Assembly: GCA_036678505.1 (NCBI GenBank)
Contig: JAZIHP010000005.1
Span: 10,174 to 74,173 of the forward strand
Direction of reading: 5' to 3'
From: Alphaproteobacteria bacterium
GTDB lineage: Bacteria > Pseudomonadota > Alphaproteobacteria > Rhizobiales > Rhizobiaceae
Length of the DNA stretch: 64,000 bases
Below are positions 41,384 through 50,023 of the stretch, in pieces (positions within the stretch are counted from its first letter, which is position 1; each line of letters begins with the position of its first letter). The notes under the pieces are model-generated. The model saw only the letters and a list, made by a program, of their open reading frames with translations, made no database searches and had not been told where the DNA came from. A program made the position numbers and the translations under genes.

Positions 41384-42109
41384 ATGACCAACCTCTCCTG
41401 GCTGACGGCGCGCCCGATCGCACATCGGGGCCTGCACGATCTCAACGACAAATGTTGGGAAAACACCCTGTCCGCATTCTCCGCCGCCGTGGAGCGCGGC
41501 TATGCCATCGAGTGCGACGTGCAGCTGACCAGCGACGGGGTCCCGATAGTCTTTCACGACGGGGACCTGAAGCGGCTGACGGGAGAGGACGGTTTCGTCT
41601 GGCAAACGACCGCGGCCGAAATGGCCGCGCTCAGGATCGGCGGCACCGCAAACCATCCGCCGACCCTCGACGAGTTGCTGGAACTCGTCAGCGGCCGCGT
41701 GCCTTTGGTGATCGAGCTGAAAGGAACGCCGGGCCACGATGAAGGGCTCGTCGAAGCGGTCGGCAGACGCCTGAAAACCTATCGGGGCGAAGCAGCGATC
41801 ATGTCGTTCGATCACTGGCTGATCCGCGATTTCAGCCGTCATGCGCCGGGCATCCCGGCCGGCCTCACCGCCTGCGGACGCCGCCGGCACGAGATCGAGG
41901 CGCATTTCACCATGCTGGCCCACGATATCGCGTTCGTGTCCTATGCGGCCGGCGACCTGCCGAACAGCTTCGTGTCGTTCGTGCGCGAAAAGCTTGGCAT
42001 GCCGGTCATCACATGGACGATCCGCGACCAGCCTGCCGTGGACCTCACCTTCAGATATGCCGACCAGATGACTTTCGAGGGATTCCAGCCGCCGGTGGCC
42101 AGCGCCTGA
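41384..42109 (+). CDS. Glycerophosphodiester phosphodiesterase family protein
   Basis: IAHRGL...ENTLSAF...IECDVQLTSDGVPIVFHD catalytic motifs. Confidence 0.88.
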   Translation: MTNLSWLTARPIAHRGLHDLNDKCWENTLSAFSAAVERGYAIECDVQLTSDGVPIVFHDGDLKRLTGEDGFVWQTTAAEMAALRIGGTANHPPTLDELLELVSGRVPLVIELKGTPGHDEGLVEAVGRRLKTYRGEAAIMSFDHWLIRDFSRHAPGIPAGLTACGRRRHEIEAHFTMLAHDIAFVSYAAGDLPNSFVSFVREKLGMPVITWTIRDQPAVDLTFRYADQMTFEGFQPPVASA

Positions 42110-42155
42110 GCTGACACGGGCTTGCACCTTCCCGCCGGCAGCTTAAGTAAACCGG

Positions 42156-43361
42156 ATGGACCAGGGCACCGATCGGGAAAACAGCGAAACCAGCGGGCAT
42201 GTCGTGCGCGTCTCCGGCAGCATGAAGGGCTTCACGCGCCGTGAATGGAACAGTCTTTCGGGCTCGCAAAAAGAGTCGGAAAATTACTATAACCCTTTCA
42301 TTTCGTACGATTTTCTGGAATCTCTCGAAGCCTCCGGCTGTGTTGGGGGACGCAGCGGCTGGCAGCCCCATCATTTGAGGCTGGAAAGCGCGGAGGGCGT
42401 GCTTGCCGGCGCCATGCCTTGTTATGCGAAGGCGCACAGTCAGGGCGAATATGTTTTCGACCATGGCTGGGCCGATGCTTTCGAGCGAGCGGGCGGCCGC
42501 TATTATCCCAAGCTGCAAAGCGCTGTTCCGTTCACGCCGGCCACCGGCCCGCGCCTGCTCGTTGCCGAGGCGCACGACCCGTTCGCCGCCAAGGCCGGAC
42601 TGGCCGAAGCGCTCCGGATCGTCACCGACAGGCTGGGCGTCTCCTCCGCCCATGTCTCGTTCCTGCCGCAGGAAGACGTGGCCCCGATGGAGGCAGCCGG
42701 CTTTTTGCATCGCACCGACCAGCAGTTCCATTTTTTCAACGAAGGCTTTTCCACCTACGACGATTTTTTGGCCACGCTGGCTTCGCGCAAGCGCAAGGCG
42801 CTGAGGAAGGAACGCCGCGAGGCACTGGCTCACGGCATCACGATTGACTGGCTGACGGGCAGCGACCTTACCGAACGCGTCTGGGACGATTTTTTCGCCT
42901 TCTACATGGATACGGGGTCGCGCAAATGGGGCCGCCCCTATCTCAACCGCCAGTTCTTTTCGCTGATCGGCGAGAAGATGGCGGACGAGATTTTGCTGGT
43001 GATGGCCAGGCGCAATGGCCGCTACATTGCCGGAGCGATCAACTTCATCGGCTCCGACACGCTTTTCGGTCGCAACTGGGGATGCATCGAGGACCATCCC
43101 TTCCTGCATTTCGAGGTTTGCTACCATCAGGCGATCGACTTCGCCATTGCCAACGATCTCAAGGTCGTGGAGGCAGGCGCTCAGGGCGAGCACAAGCTGG
43201 CGCGCGGCTATCGGCCCGTCACCACGCATTCCATGCACTATATCGCCAATCCTTCATTCCGCCGCGCGGTGGCCGACTTTCTCCGGCATGAACGTCGGGA
43301 AGTCGAACTGGCGAGCGATCATCTGGCGGAGCAGACGCCGTTCCGCAAAGACGATCAGTGA
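42156..43361 (+). CDS. GNAT-fold protein of the DUF482/FemAB-like family
   Basis: 401-aa protein with NPFISYDFLESLE.SG.V....GW.P.HL and ...EAGAQGEHKLARGY, as in DUF482 proteins. Confidence 0.75.
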   Translation: MDQGTDRENSETSGHVVRVSGSMKGFTRREWNSLSGSQKESENYYNPFISYDFLESLEASGCVGGRSGWQPHHLRLESAEGVLAGAMPCYAKAHSQGEYVFDHGWADAFERAGGRYYPKLQSAVPFTPATGPRLLVAEAHDPFAAKAGLAEALRIVTDRLGVSSAHVSFLPQEDVAPMEAAGFLHRTDQQFHFFNEGFSTYDDFLATLASRKRKALRKERREALAHGITIDWLTGSDLTERVWDDFFAFYMDTGSRKWGRPYLNRQFFSLIGEKMADEILLVMARRNGRYIAGAINFIGSDTLFGRNWGCIEDHPFLHFEVCYHQAIDFAIANDLKVVEAGAQGEHKLARGYRPVTTHSMHYIANPSFRRAVADFLRHERREVELASDHLAEQTPFRKDDQ

Positions 43362-43690
43362 ACCACCGACTTCGAGAACAGGTTGATCACCAGCACGCCG
43401 GCCATGATCAGGCTCATGCCGACGAGCGCGGGAAGATCGAGCGACTGCCGGAACAGCAGCCAGCCGATTGCGGTAATCAGGATGATTCCCGCTCCGCTCC
43501 AGATCGCATAGACGATGCCCACCGGCATGGTGCGCAATGTCAGGGCAAGGAAATAGAAGGCAAGCGCATATCCTGAAATCGTCATCAGCGAAGGCAAAAT
43601 CCGGGTGAAACCATCGGTCTGCTTCAGCGCCGTCGTGGCGATCACCTCGAATATGATCGCCACGAACAGGTAAATATAGGTCAGGAGCAT
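43355..43690 (-). CDS. SMR family small multidrug/quaternary-cation exporter (EmrE/Gdx-like)
   Basis: Four TM helices with the conserved membrane Glu in IIFEVIATTALK. ATG at 43690 has an AAGGGTGAG RBS; an in-frame GTG at 43699 is an alternative start. Confidence 0.88.
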   Translation of the reverse strand: MLLTYIYLFVAIIFEVIATTALKQTDGFTRILPSLMTISGYALAFYFLALTLRTMPVGIVYAIWSGAGIILITAIGWLLFRQSLDLPALVGMSLIMAGVLVINLFSKSVVH

Positions 43691-43737
43691 TGTGCTCACC
43701 CTTGATTCGCATATCGATGCGATACGATCATGCCCCC

Positions 43738-43947
43738 CTAAAGCGTTTCCAGGAAAAGTGGAAACACTTTGCCGGTTCGGAAATGCGACGAAACAAAGAC
43801 TTGTAGCCGTTCGACGATTTCATGAAACCCTGAACGGCTCTAAAGCGTGTCGCGATCTTTCAGATCAGCTCCCTGCGCTTTAAGTTCTCGTTTTTACGCA
43901 TCTCGTTGCCCCGAAACCGGTTCCCACTTTCGGGCGACATGCTTTGG
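43738..43947 (-). repeat. Intergenic mosaic element, full two-module copy (A+B; copy c)
   Basis: 43738-43842 is module A (hairpins GCGTTTCC..GGAAACAC and AGCCGTTC-N19-GAACGGCT). 43843-43947 is module B (GATCTTTCAGATC hairpin plus the long hairpin ATCTCGTTGCCCCGAAA-CCGGTTCCCAC-TTTCGGGCGACAT). Confidence 0.92.
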
Positions 43948-43966
43948 AAAAGGATGAGAGACCAGA

Positions 43967-44389
43967 ATGGCCTACGACACAACCAACATTTTCGCCAGAC
44001 TTCTGCGCGGCGAAATCCCCTCGCATCGCGTCTATGAGGACGAACATACGGTTGCGATCATGGATGTGATGCCGCAGGGCGTCGGCCACACGCTGGTTCT
44101 GCCCAAGGCCCCCTCGCGCAACCTTCTGGATGCCGATCCGGCAACGCTGGGCGCGCTTTTCAGCACCGTTCAGAAGGTGGCGAACGCCGTGAAAAAGGCA
44201 TTCGACGCCGATGGCGTCGTCGTGTCCCAGTTCAACGAGACCGCGGCCGGCCAGACCGTATTCCATCTGCATGTCCACATCCTGCCGCGCTTCGAGGGCG
44301 TCGATCTCAAGAAACACGCCATGGAAATGGAAAAACCGGAAATTCTGGCTGAAAACGCGGAGAAAATCCGGATCGCGCTGGCGGAATAG
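43967..44389 (+). CDS. HIT (histidine triad) family protein
   Basis: GQTVFHLHVHILPR histidine-triad motif; 140 aa. Confidence 0.92.
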   Translation: MAYDTTNIFARLLRGEIPSHRVYEDEHTVAIMDVMPQGVGHTLVLPKAPSRNLLDADPATLGALFSTVQKVANAVKKAFDADGVVVSQFNETAAGQTVFHLHVHILPRFEGVDLKKHAMEMEKPEILAENAEKIRIALAE

Positions 44390-44437
44390 AGCGGCATACG
44401 CGCGAACAAGTTCGGGCTTTCGCTCTATCTGCTTGTT

Positions 44438-44541
44438 TTAAAGCGTGTCGCGATCTTTCAGATCAGCTCCCTGCGCTTTAAGTTCTTGTTTTTACGCATG
44501 TCGCCCGAAACCGGTTCCCACTTTCGGGCGACATGCTTTAG
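44438..44541 (-). repeat. Intergenic mosaic element, module B only (copy d, best-preserved hairpins)
   Basis: TTAAAGCGTGTCGCGATCTTTCAGATCAGC...ATGTCGCCCGAAA-CCGGTTCCCAC-TTTCGGGCGACATGCTTTAG. It has a perfect 13-bp long hairpin and terminal inverted repeats TTAAAGCGTGTCGC / GCGACATGCTTTAG. Confidence 0.92.
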
Positions 44542-44568
44542 CCAGCTTCAGCCAAGCGCAGGCGTCAT

Positions 44569-44594
44569 GAAAAAGGCCCCGTTTCCGGGGCCTT
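44569..44594 (-). terminator. Rho-independent terminator of clpA
   Basis: The minus strand reads AAAGGCCCCG-GAAA-CGGGGCCTTT followed by TTCATG; the U-run partly overlaps the stem. It lies 10 nt after the clpA stop. Confidence 0.7.
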
Positions 44595-44603
44595 TCCTGT
44601 CGG

Positions 44604-47060
44604 TTACTTGCGCGGCAACTGCGGCACCAGGCTGCGCTTGCCGGCATCCTTTGCCCTGGGCGCGGCCTTTGCCGAAACGGGCTTTTTCGCAGGAGCCTTC
44701 TTCGCCGCCGGCTTGCGGACCTTCGGCTGCTCTTCCGGCTCCTTCTTCGGCTGGACTTTCGCCTCGTAGGGCAAGGTCTCCAGCTTCAGACCGGTTTCGC
44801 CCGTATCCTCCGTCTCGACGGTGACGCGGACGGTGCCGCCCTTGCGCAGCTTGCCGAACAGCACTTCTTCGGCCAGCGGCTTCTTGATGTGCTCCTGGAT
44901 GACACGTCCGAGCGGACGCGCGCCCATGCGCTCGTCATAGCCCTTGTCGGCCAGCCATGCGACGGCCTCGTCGGAGAGGTCGAAGGTCACGCCGCGCTCG
45001 GAAAGCTGGGCCTCAAGCTGCATGACGAACTTCTGCACCACCTGATGGATGACCGGCACCGGCAGAGAGCCGAACGGAATGATCGCATCCAGACGGTTGC
45101 GGAATTCCGGCGTGAACAGCCTGTTGATCGCCTCCGTGTCGTCGCCTTCGCGCTTCGAGGACCCGAAGCCGATCGCGGCCCTGGCCATGTCGGACGCACC
45201 CGCATTGGTGGTCATGATCAGGATCACGTTGCGGAAGTCGATCTGCTTGCCGTTGTGATCGGTCAGCTTGCCGTGATCCATGACCTGCAACAGGATGTTG
45301 AACAGGTCGGGATGGGCCTTCTCGATCTCGTCCAGCAGCAGCACGGAGTGCGGATGCTGGTCGATGCCGTCGGTGAGCAGGCCGCCCTGATCGAAGCCGA
45401 CATAGCCGGGAGGGGCGCCGATCAGCCGCGATACGGTGTGGCGCTCCATATATTCCGACATGTCGAAGCGCAGCAGCTCGACGCCGAGCGAGGCGGCAAG
45501 CTGCTTGGCCACCTCGGTCTTGCCGACGCCGGTCGGGCCGGAGAACAGGTAGGAACCGATCGGCTTGTCGGGCTCGCGCAGGCCGGCGCGCGCCAGCTTG
45601 ATCGCCGAGCTCAGCGCCGTGATCGCGGTATCCTGACCGTAGACGACGCGCTTCAGCTCGTTTTCCAGACCGGCCAGCACCTTCTCGTCGTCCGCAGACA
45701 CGGTTTTTGGCGGAATGCGCGCCATGGTGGCGATGGTGGCCTCGATCTCGCGGATGCCGATCGTCTTCTTGCGCTTGTTTTCCGGCACCAGCATCTGCGA
45801 GGCGCCGGTCTCGTCGATCACGTCGATAGCCTTGTCCGGCAGCTTGCGGTCGCTGATGTAGCGGGCCGAAAGCTCCACCGCCCCCTTGATGGCGTCGTTG
45901 GTGTATCTGACCTTGTGGAACTCCTCGAAATAGGGCTTCAGCCCCTTCATGATCTCGATGGCGTCCTCAATGGTCGGCTCGTTGACATCGATCTTCTGGA
46001 AACGGCGGACAAGCGCCCTGTCTTTCTCGAAGAACTGGCGGAACTCCTTGTAAGTCGTCGATCCAATGCATCGAATCGCGCCGGACGACAAAGCCGGCTT
46101 GAGCAGATTGGAGGCATCCATAGCGCCGCCCGACGTCGCGCCCGCACCGATGACGGTGTGGATTTCGTCGATGAACAGGACAGCGCCCGGATAGTCTTCC
46201 AACTCCTTCACGACCTGCTTCAGCCGCTCCTCGAAGTCACCGCGATAGCGGGTGCCGGCGAGCAGCGTGCCCATGTCGAGGGCGAAGATGGTCGCGCCCG
46301 CCAGCACTTCCGGCACGTCGCCGTCAACGATGCGCTTGGCCAGCCCCTCGGCGATGGCCGTCTTGCCGACGCCGGGATCGCCCACATAAAGCGGGTTGTT
46401 CTTGGAGCGGCGGCACAGCACCTGAATGGTGCGGCTAATCTCCGGCCCGCGGCCGATCAGCGGATCGATCTTGCCCGCGCGCGCCTTGGTGTTGAGGTTG
46501 ACGCAATAGGCCGTCAGCGCATCCTGCGCCTTCTTCTTGCCTTCGTCGGGCTGTTCGCCGGCCGCGCCGCCGGCCTGATCGTCCTCGACGCCGCGCGGAA
46601 TGCGCGCCTCCGAGGCTCCGGGCCGCTTGGCGATGCCATGGGAAATGTAGTTGACCGCATCATAGCGGGTCATCTGCTGTTCCTGCAGGAAGTATGCCGC
46701 GTGGCTTTCGCGCTCGGCGAAGATCGCGACCAGCACGTTGGCGCCCGACACTTCCTCGCGGCCGGACGACTGCACATGGATGACCGCGCGCTGGATGACG
46801 CGCTGGAAACCGGCGGTCGGCTTCGAGTCCTCATCGTAGCCGGTAATGAGGTTATCGAGCTCCGTGTCGATGTAATTGAGAACCGTCTGTCGCAACTCGT
46901 CGAGATCGACGTTGCAGGCGCGCATCACGGCGGCCGCCTCGGCGTCGTCGATCAGCGCCAGCAACAGATGTTCCAGCGTCGCATATTCATGGTGGCGCTC
47001 ATTGGCGATCGTCAGCGCCTGATGAAGCGCCTTTTCCAAGCCTTGGGAGAAAGCCGGCAT
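44604..47060 (-). CDS. clpA: ATP-dependent Clp protease ATP-binding subunit ClpA
   Basis: Clp_N repeats, two AAA+ modules (GDPGVGKT and GPTGVGKT), and a Lys/Pro/Ala-rich C-terminal tail. Confidence 0.96.
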   Translation of the reverse strand: MPAFSQGLEKALHQALTIANERHHEYATLEHLLLALIDDAEAAAVMRACNVDLDELRQTVLNYIDTELDNLITGYDEDSKPTAGFQRVIQRAVIHVQSSGREEVSGANVLVAIFAERESHAAYFLQEQQMTRYDAVNYISHGIAKRPGASEARIPRGVEDDQAGGAAGEQPDEGKKKAQDALTAYCVNLNTKARAGKIDPLIGRGPEISRTIQVLCRRSKNNPLYVGDPGVGKTAIAEGLAKRIVDGDVPEVLAGATIFALDMGTLLAGTRYRGDFEERLKQVVKELEDYPGAVLFIDEIHTVIGAGATSGGAMDASNLLKPALSSGAIRCIGSTTYKEFRQFFEKDRALVRRFQKIDVNEPTIEDAIEIMKGLKPYFEEFHKVRYTNDAIKGAVELSARYISDRKLPDKAIDVIDETGASQMLVPENKRKKTIGIREIEATIATMARIPPKTVSADDEKVLAGLENELKRVVYGQDTAITALSSAIKLARAGLREPDKPIGSYLFSGPTGVGKTEVAKQLAASLGVELLRFDMSEYMERHTVSRLIGAPPGYVGFDQGGLLTDGIDQHPHSVLLLDEIEKAHPDLFNILLQVMDHGKLTDHNGKQIDFRNVILIMTTNAGASDMARAAIGFGSSKREGDDTEAINRLFTPEFRNRLDAIIPFGSLPVPVIHQVVQKFVMQLEAQLSERGVTFDLSDEAVAWLADKGYDERMGARPLGRVIQEHIKKPLAEEVLFGKLRKGGTVRVTVETEDTGETGLKLETLPYEAKVQPKKEPEEQPKVRKPAAKKAPAKKPVSAKAAPRAKDAGKRSLVPQLPRK

Positions 47061-47066
47061 GTTACC

Positions 47067-47432
47067 TCACTTCTTCTCCATCACGCATTGCAGCGGATGC
47101 TGATTTTGTCGGGCGAAATCCATGACCTGAGATACTTTCGTCTCGGCCACCTCGAATGTGAAAACGCCACATTCTCCCACACCGTGGTTGTGCACATGAA
47201 GCATGATACGCGTGGCGGCCTCCCTGTCTTTCTGGAAAAAACGTTCCAGAACATGCACGACGAATTCCATGGGCGTGTAATCGTCGTTCAGGATCAGCAC
47301 GCGATAGAGGCTTGGCCGCTTGGTCCTGGTTTGCGTGCGCGTGATGACCGCCGTTCCACGACCGCCACCGTTGCCGCGTTGGTCCTTCTGCATTCGCACC
47401 GCATTTTGCGCGGCCACCAGACTGCCAGTCAC
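47067..47432 (-). CDS. clpS: ClpS adaptor protein
   Basis: [27 protein letters not shown] core, immediately upstream of clpA. The start is ATG 47432 or 47393. Confidence 0.93.
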   Translation of the reverse strand: MTGSLVAAQNAVRMQKDQRGNGGGRGTAVITRTQTRTKRPSLYRVLILNDDYTPMEFVVHVLERFFQKDREAATRIMLHVHNHGVGECGVFTFEVAETKVSQVMDFARQNQHPLQCVMEKK

Positions 47433-47587
47433 TTTATATTCCTGCCTCTCGATCCAGCCTCAGGGGCAAACCGACATGTAGGTCGTTATTGTGGAATTTT
47501 AAGCCCTTCTCCGCCACTGACAATACGCCGACAACACCAATAATGCGTCAACGACGATATACGGGCCTTGCGCACAGGCCAAAAACG

Positions 47588-47621
47588 CAAAAAACCCGGC
47601 TGCGCGAGGCGCAACCGGGTT
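47588..47621 (-). terminator. Rho-independent terminator of the phasin gene
   Basis: The minus strand reads CCCGGTTGCGCCTCGCGCAGCCGGG followed by TTTTTTGCG, 38 nt after the phasin stop. Confidence 0.75.
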
Positions 47622-47658
47622 CTGGCCGGCCCATGCCGGCAGATCAGTCCGTCGAAAT

Positions 47659-47991
47659 TCAGCCGGCCTTGGCCACGATGCCTTCAAAGGGCTTGTAGGC
47701 TTCCTTCGCGAGATCCGAATAGAGATCGCCAAATCTGGTCGCCTCGGCGACGAAGGACTCATAAGCCTGCTTCGCGTAATCGGTCTGGATAGCCACCGCG
47801 TCCTCGAACGACCTAGCCGACAGCAGCTTCTCGAAGGCGGCGCTGCCGGTTTCGAGGCTCTTCTTAGTGTATTCGCTGGCCTCGACGGCAATCGCCTGAG
47901 CGCCCTTGGAAAGAGACGCAAGGCTCTTGAGGCCCGAATCTGCGAATTCCTTGCCGTATTTGCTGAAATCTTCGTAAGCGGTCTGGGACAT
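47659..47991 (-). CDS. Phasin family protein (PHB granule-associated)
   Basis: The 110-aa Ala/Glu/Lys-rich helical protein MSQTAYEDFSKYGKEFADSGLKSLASLSKGAQAIAVEASEY... resembles rhizobial phasins. The track ORF was trimmed to this ATG. Confidence 0.8.
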   Translation of the reverse strand: MSQTAYEDFSKYGKEFADSGLKSLASLSKGAQAIAVEASEYTKKSLETGSAAFEKLLSARSFEDAVAIQTDYAKQAYESFVAEATRFGDLYSDLAKEAYKPFEGIVAKAG

Positions 47992-48066
47992 CGGATGTCC
48001 TCCTTCGTGGACGGGGTTACCGGCCGCAACATGAACGACCGGCATTGGTGCGATGCCAGATAAATA

Positions 48067-48081
48067 TTGTGCATTGCACAA
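48067..48081. promoter_or_regulatory. Perfect 7-1-7 palindrome TTGTGCA-T-TGCACAA upstream of the phasin gene (candidate PhaR-type operator)
   Basis: Read directly from the sequence, 76 nt upstream of the phasin ATG. It has a TGC-N3-GCA core. Confidence 0.3.
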
Positions 48082-48273
48082 AATGTCAACTGGGCAGTTG
48101 TCAGCCGGCAATTGCTAAAATTCCCGTAAAATTAACCTCGACTGCGCCGAAAATGGTGAACGCGCCGGTTACCATAAACGGATTGGTAACGGTGGATGGA
48201 TAGGGTCGGTCAAAATCAGGCTGGGATAGGACCTTTGCCGTCCCCACCGTAATGAAACCCAAAGGAAGTAACA

Positions 48274-49659
48274 GTGCGTAAGGCGTTCTCGGGCATCGTT
48301 TCCCTTTCCGTGCGTTCTTTCCGGTTCGTGGCGACGGCCACCGCAGCCGCCGTTTTTCTGGCTGGCGCCACCGTGACCTCACAGGCAGCGGCGAACGACG
48401 CGGCCATCGTGATCGACGCCAACACCGGCAAGACGCTCTATTCCTCCAATGCCAATGCGCGGCGCTATCCGGCCTCGCTGACCAAGATGATGACGCTGTA
48501 TCTGACCTTCGAGGCGCTTTCGAAGGGCAAGATCAGCAAGACCACGCAGGTTCCCTTCTCCGCCAATGCCGCCGGAGAGCCGCCGACCAAGCTCGGCGTT
48601 CGTTCCGGCGGGTCGATCACGGTGGAGACGGCGATCCTGTCGATGGTGACGAAATCCGCCAACGATTCCTCGACCGCCCTTGCGGAACTGCTCGGCGGCA
48701 GCGAAGCCAATTTCGCCAGGATGATGACGGCCCGGGCCCGCTCGCTCGGCATGACCAACACCGTGTTCCGCAACGCGCACGGCCTGCCCAATCCAGGCCA
48801 GTTCACCACAGCGCGCGACATGGCGACACTCGGCATGGCGCTGCGCGAACATCACCCGCAATATTATGGCTATTTCGCAGAGCGGTCCTTCATGTATGGG
48901 CGCCAGCGCATCAATGGCCATAATCGCCTGCTCGGCCGCATCAGGGGCGTCGACGGCATCAAGACCGGCTACACGCGCGCCTCGGGCTTCAATCTGGTTT
49001 CCTCCGTCTCGATCGATGGCCGCAAGCTGGTCGCAGTCGTCATGGGCGGCAAATCCGGCGCCAGCCGCGACAACGAGATGGCGCGCCTGATCGAAGCCTA
49101 TCTGCCCAAGGCGTCGCAGCGCGGCGGCGGAGCCCTCATTGCCCGCGCGGACAACGACACCGCTTCGCAGGCGATCGCGAAGGTGGTTCTGCCCAGACAC
49201 GACGCGCCGACGCCCGACTTCAAGCCGCAAGCGGATGTGGAGACTGTCGTTGCAAGCGCGGCTCCGGTTCCTGGCCCGGTTTCTGGCCCGGCTCCCAAGC
49301 CCAGGCTTCCGGTGGCCATGGCCGCACCCGAGCCAGCGGATATTCCGTTTGCACAGGCTTATTCCGACCCCGAACCGCAGCAGATCGATCCGGTCAACAC
49401 CGCTTCCCTGCCATCGGGCTGGGTCGTTCAGGTCGCGTCCTCGCCCAGCAAGTCAGAGGCGGAAGCAGCGCTCGACAAGACCGCCGCTCAGGCCCGCGCG
49501 GTCCTGGCCAGCGCCTCCGGCTACACCGTTCCGTTCAGGAAAGGCGGCGTGACCTATTTCCGTGCGCGCTTCGGCGGCTTCGACACGCAGACGGCGGCGC
49601 TGCGCGCCTGTACCGCCCTGAAGAAACAGCGCATCGAATGCTTCGCCGTGCAGCAATAA
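48274..49659 (+). CDS. D-alanyl-D-alanine carboxypeptidase (S11 family) with a C-terminal SPOR domain
   Basis: Signal peptide and the SxxK motif ASLTKMMT, with SAN (KSANDS) and KTG (KTGYT). The C-terminal WVVQVASSPSKSEAEAAL...YFRARFGGF is SPOR-like. GTG start. Confidence 0.9.
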   Translation: MRKAFSGIVSLSVRSFRFVATATAAAVFLAGATVTSQAAANDAAIVIDANTGKTLYSSNANARRYPASLTKMMTLYLTFEALSKGKISKTTQVPFSANAAGEPPTKLGVRSGGSITVETAILSMVTKSANDSSTALAELLGGSEANFARMMTARARSLGMTNTVFRNAHGLPNPGQFTTARDMATLGMALREHHPQYYGYFAERSFMYGRQRINGHNRLLGRIRGVDGIKTGYTRASGFNLVSSVSIDGRKLVAVVMGGKSGASRDNEMARLIEAYLPKASQRGGGALIARADNDTASQAIAKVVLPRHDAPTPDFKPQADVETVVASAAPVPGPVSGPAPKPRLPVAMAAPEPADIPFAQAYSDPEPQQIDPVNTASLPSGWVVQVASSPSKSEAEAALDKTAAQARAVLASASGYTVPFRKGGVTYFRARFGGFDTQTAALRACTALKKQRIECFAVQQ

Positions 49660-49708
49660 GCCGCCCGTTTGCGAGCTTCCGGAAAAACTCGGTATCGAAG
49701 GAGTGCCA

Positions 49709-49987
49709 GTGGTGATCGGAGAAAAGCAGGCAGCCGGTTTTGCCAACCCTGTCCTCCAGGACAGGGAGCCGGTCAGCGATATCGGGACGCAGGCGCTCTA
49801 TCAGGCCGCTACGCGGCTGAAGAACATCCGGCCGGGCAATTCGCGTTTCAAGACGCGGGATCTCGTCGGCCTTCTTCTGAGCCATGGCGCCCGTACTTGG
49901 CGCAACACGCAACCCATGGTGCGCATCCGCCTGAACGTATGCGCGCCAGGCGGAAATCCGGGCCTGAAGCTCAGGCTGCGGGACTGA
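49709..49987 (+). CDS. Hypothetical small basic protein (no family recognised)
   Basis: An AGGAG lies 5 nt upstream of the GTG at 49709. Hand-counted GC3 is about 76% in this frame. No motif was recognised, and an antisense ORF (49535..50008) competes with it. Confidence 0.35.
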   Translation: MVIGEKQAAGFANPVLQDREPVSDIGTQALYQAATRLKNIRPGNSRFKTRDLVGLLLSHGARTWRNTQPMVRIRLNVCAPGGNPGLKLRLRD

Positions 49988-50023
49988 TTTTCCGGTCCGG
50001 ACGGCCATTGCGGACCTGTGGGA

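Noticed and set aside
43691-43737. Possible guanidine (mini-ykkC / ykkC-III) riboswitch in front of the SMR exporter.
   Set aside because: The only hairpin in the unique leader (TCGCAT-CGAT-ATGCGA on the coding strand) lacks the ACGR loop of guanidine-II and the pseudoknot consensus of guanidine-III. The rest of the upstream DNA is the mosaic repeat.
44889-47543. Very long ORFs antisense to real genes. Examples are the 884-aa ORF opposite clpA, 7300..9150(-) opposite the helicase, and 8946..10655(+) opposite pyrG. Others lie at 13607..15058(-), 23222..24652(-), 24849..26144(-), 29721..31334(+), 31434..33074(+), 40658..42127(-), 50476..52041(+), 53697..55103(+), 57276..59066(+) and 59112..60101(-).
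   Set aside because: These are classic shadow ORFs of a high-GC genome. Each lies opposite a gene with unmistakable family motifs. Their translations are Arg/Gly/Asp/His-rich low-complexity strings with no recognisable domains, and stop codons are simply rare in the antisense frames of GC3-rich genes.
49535-50008. 157-aa minus-strand ORF as a real gene.
   Set aside because: It would overlap the 3' end of the DD-carboxypeptidase gene by 125 nt. Its GC3 is lower than that of the competing plus-strand ORF, and I recognise no family. It is retained only as the alternative in the orphan-ORF finding.
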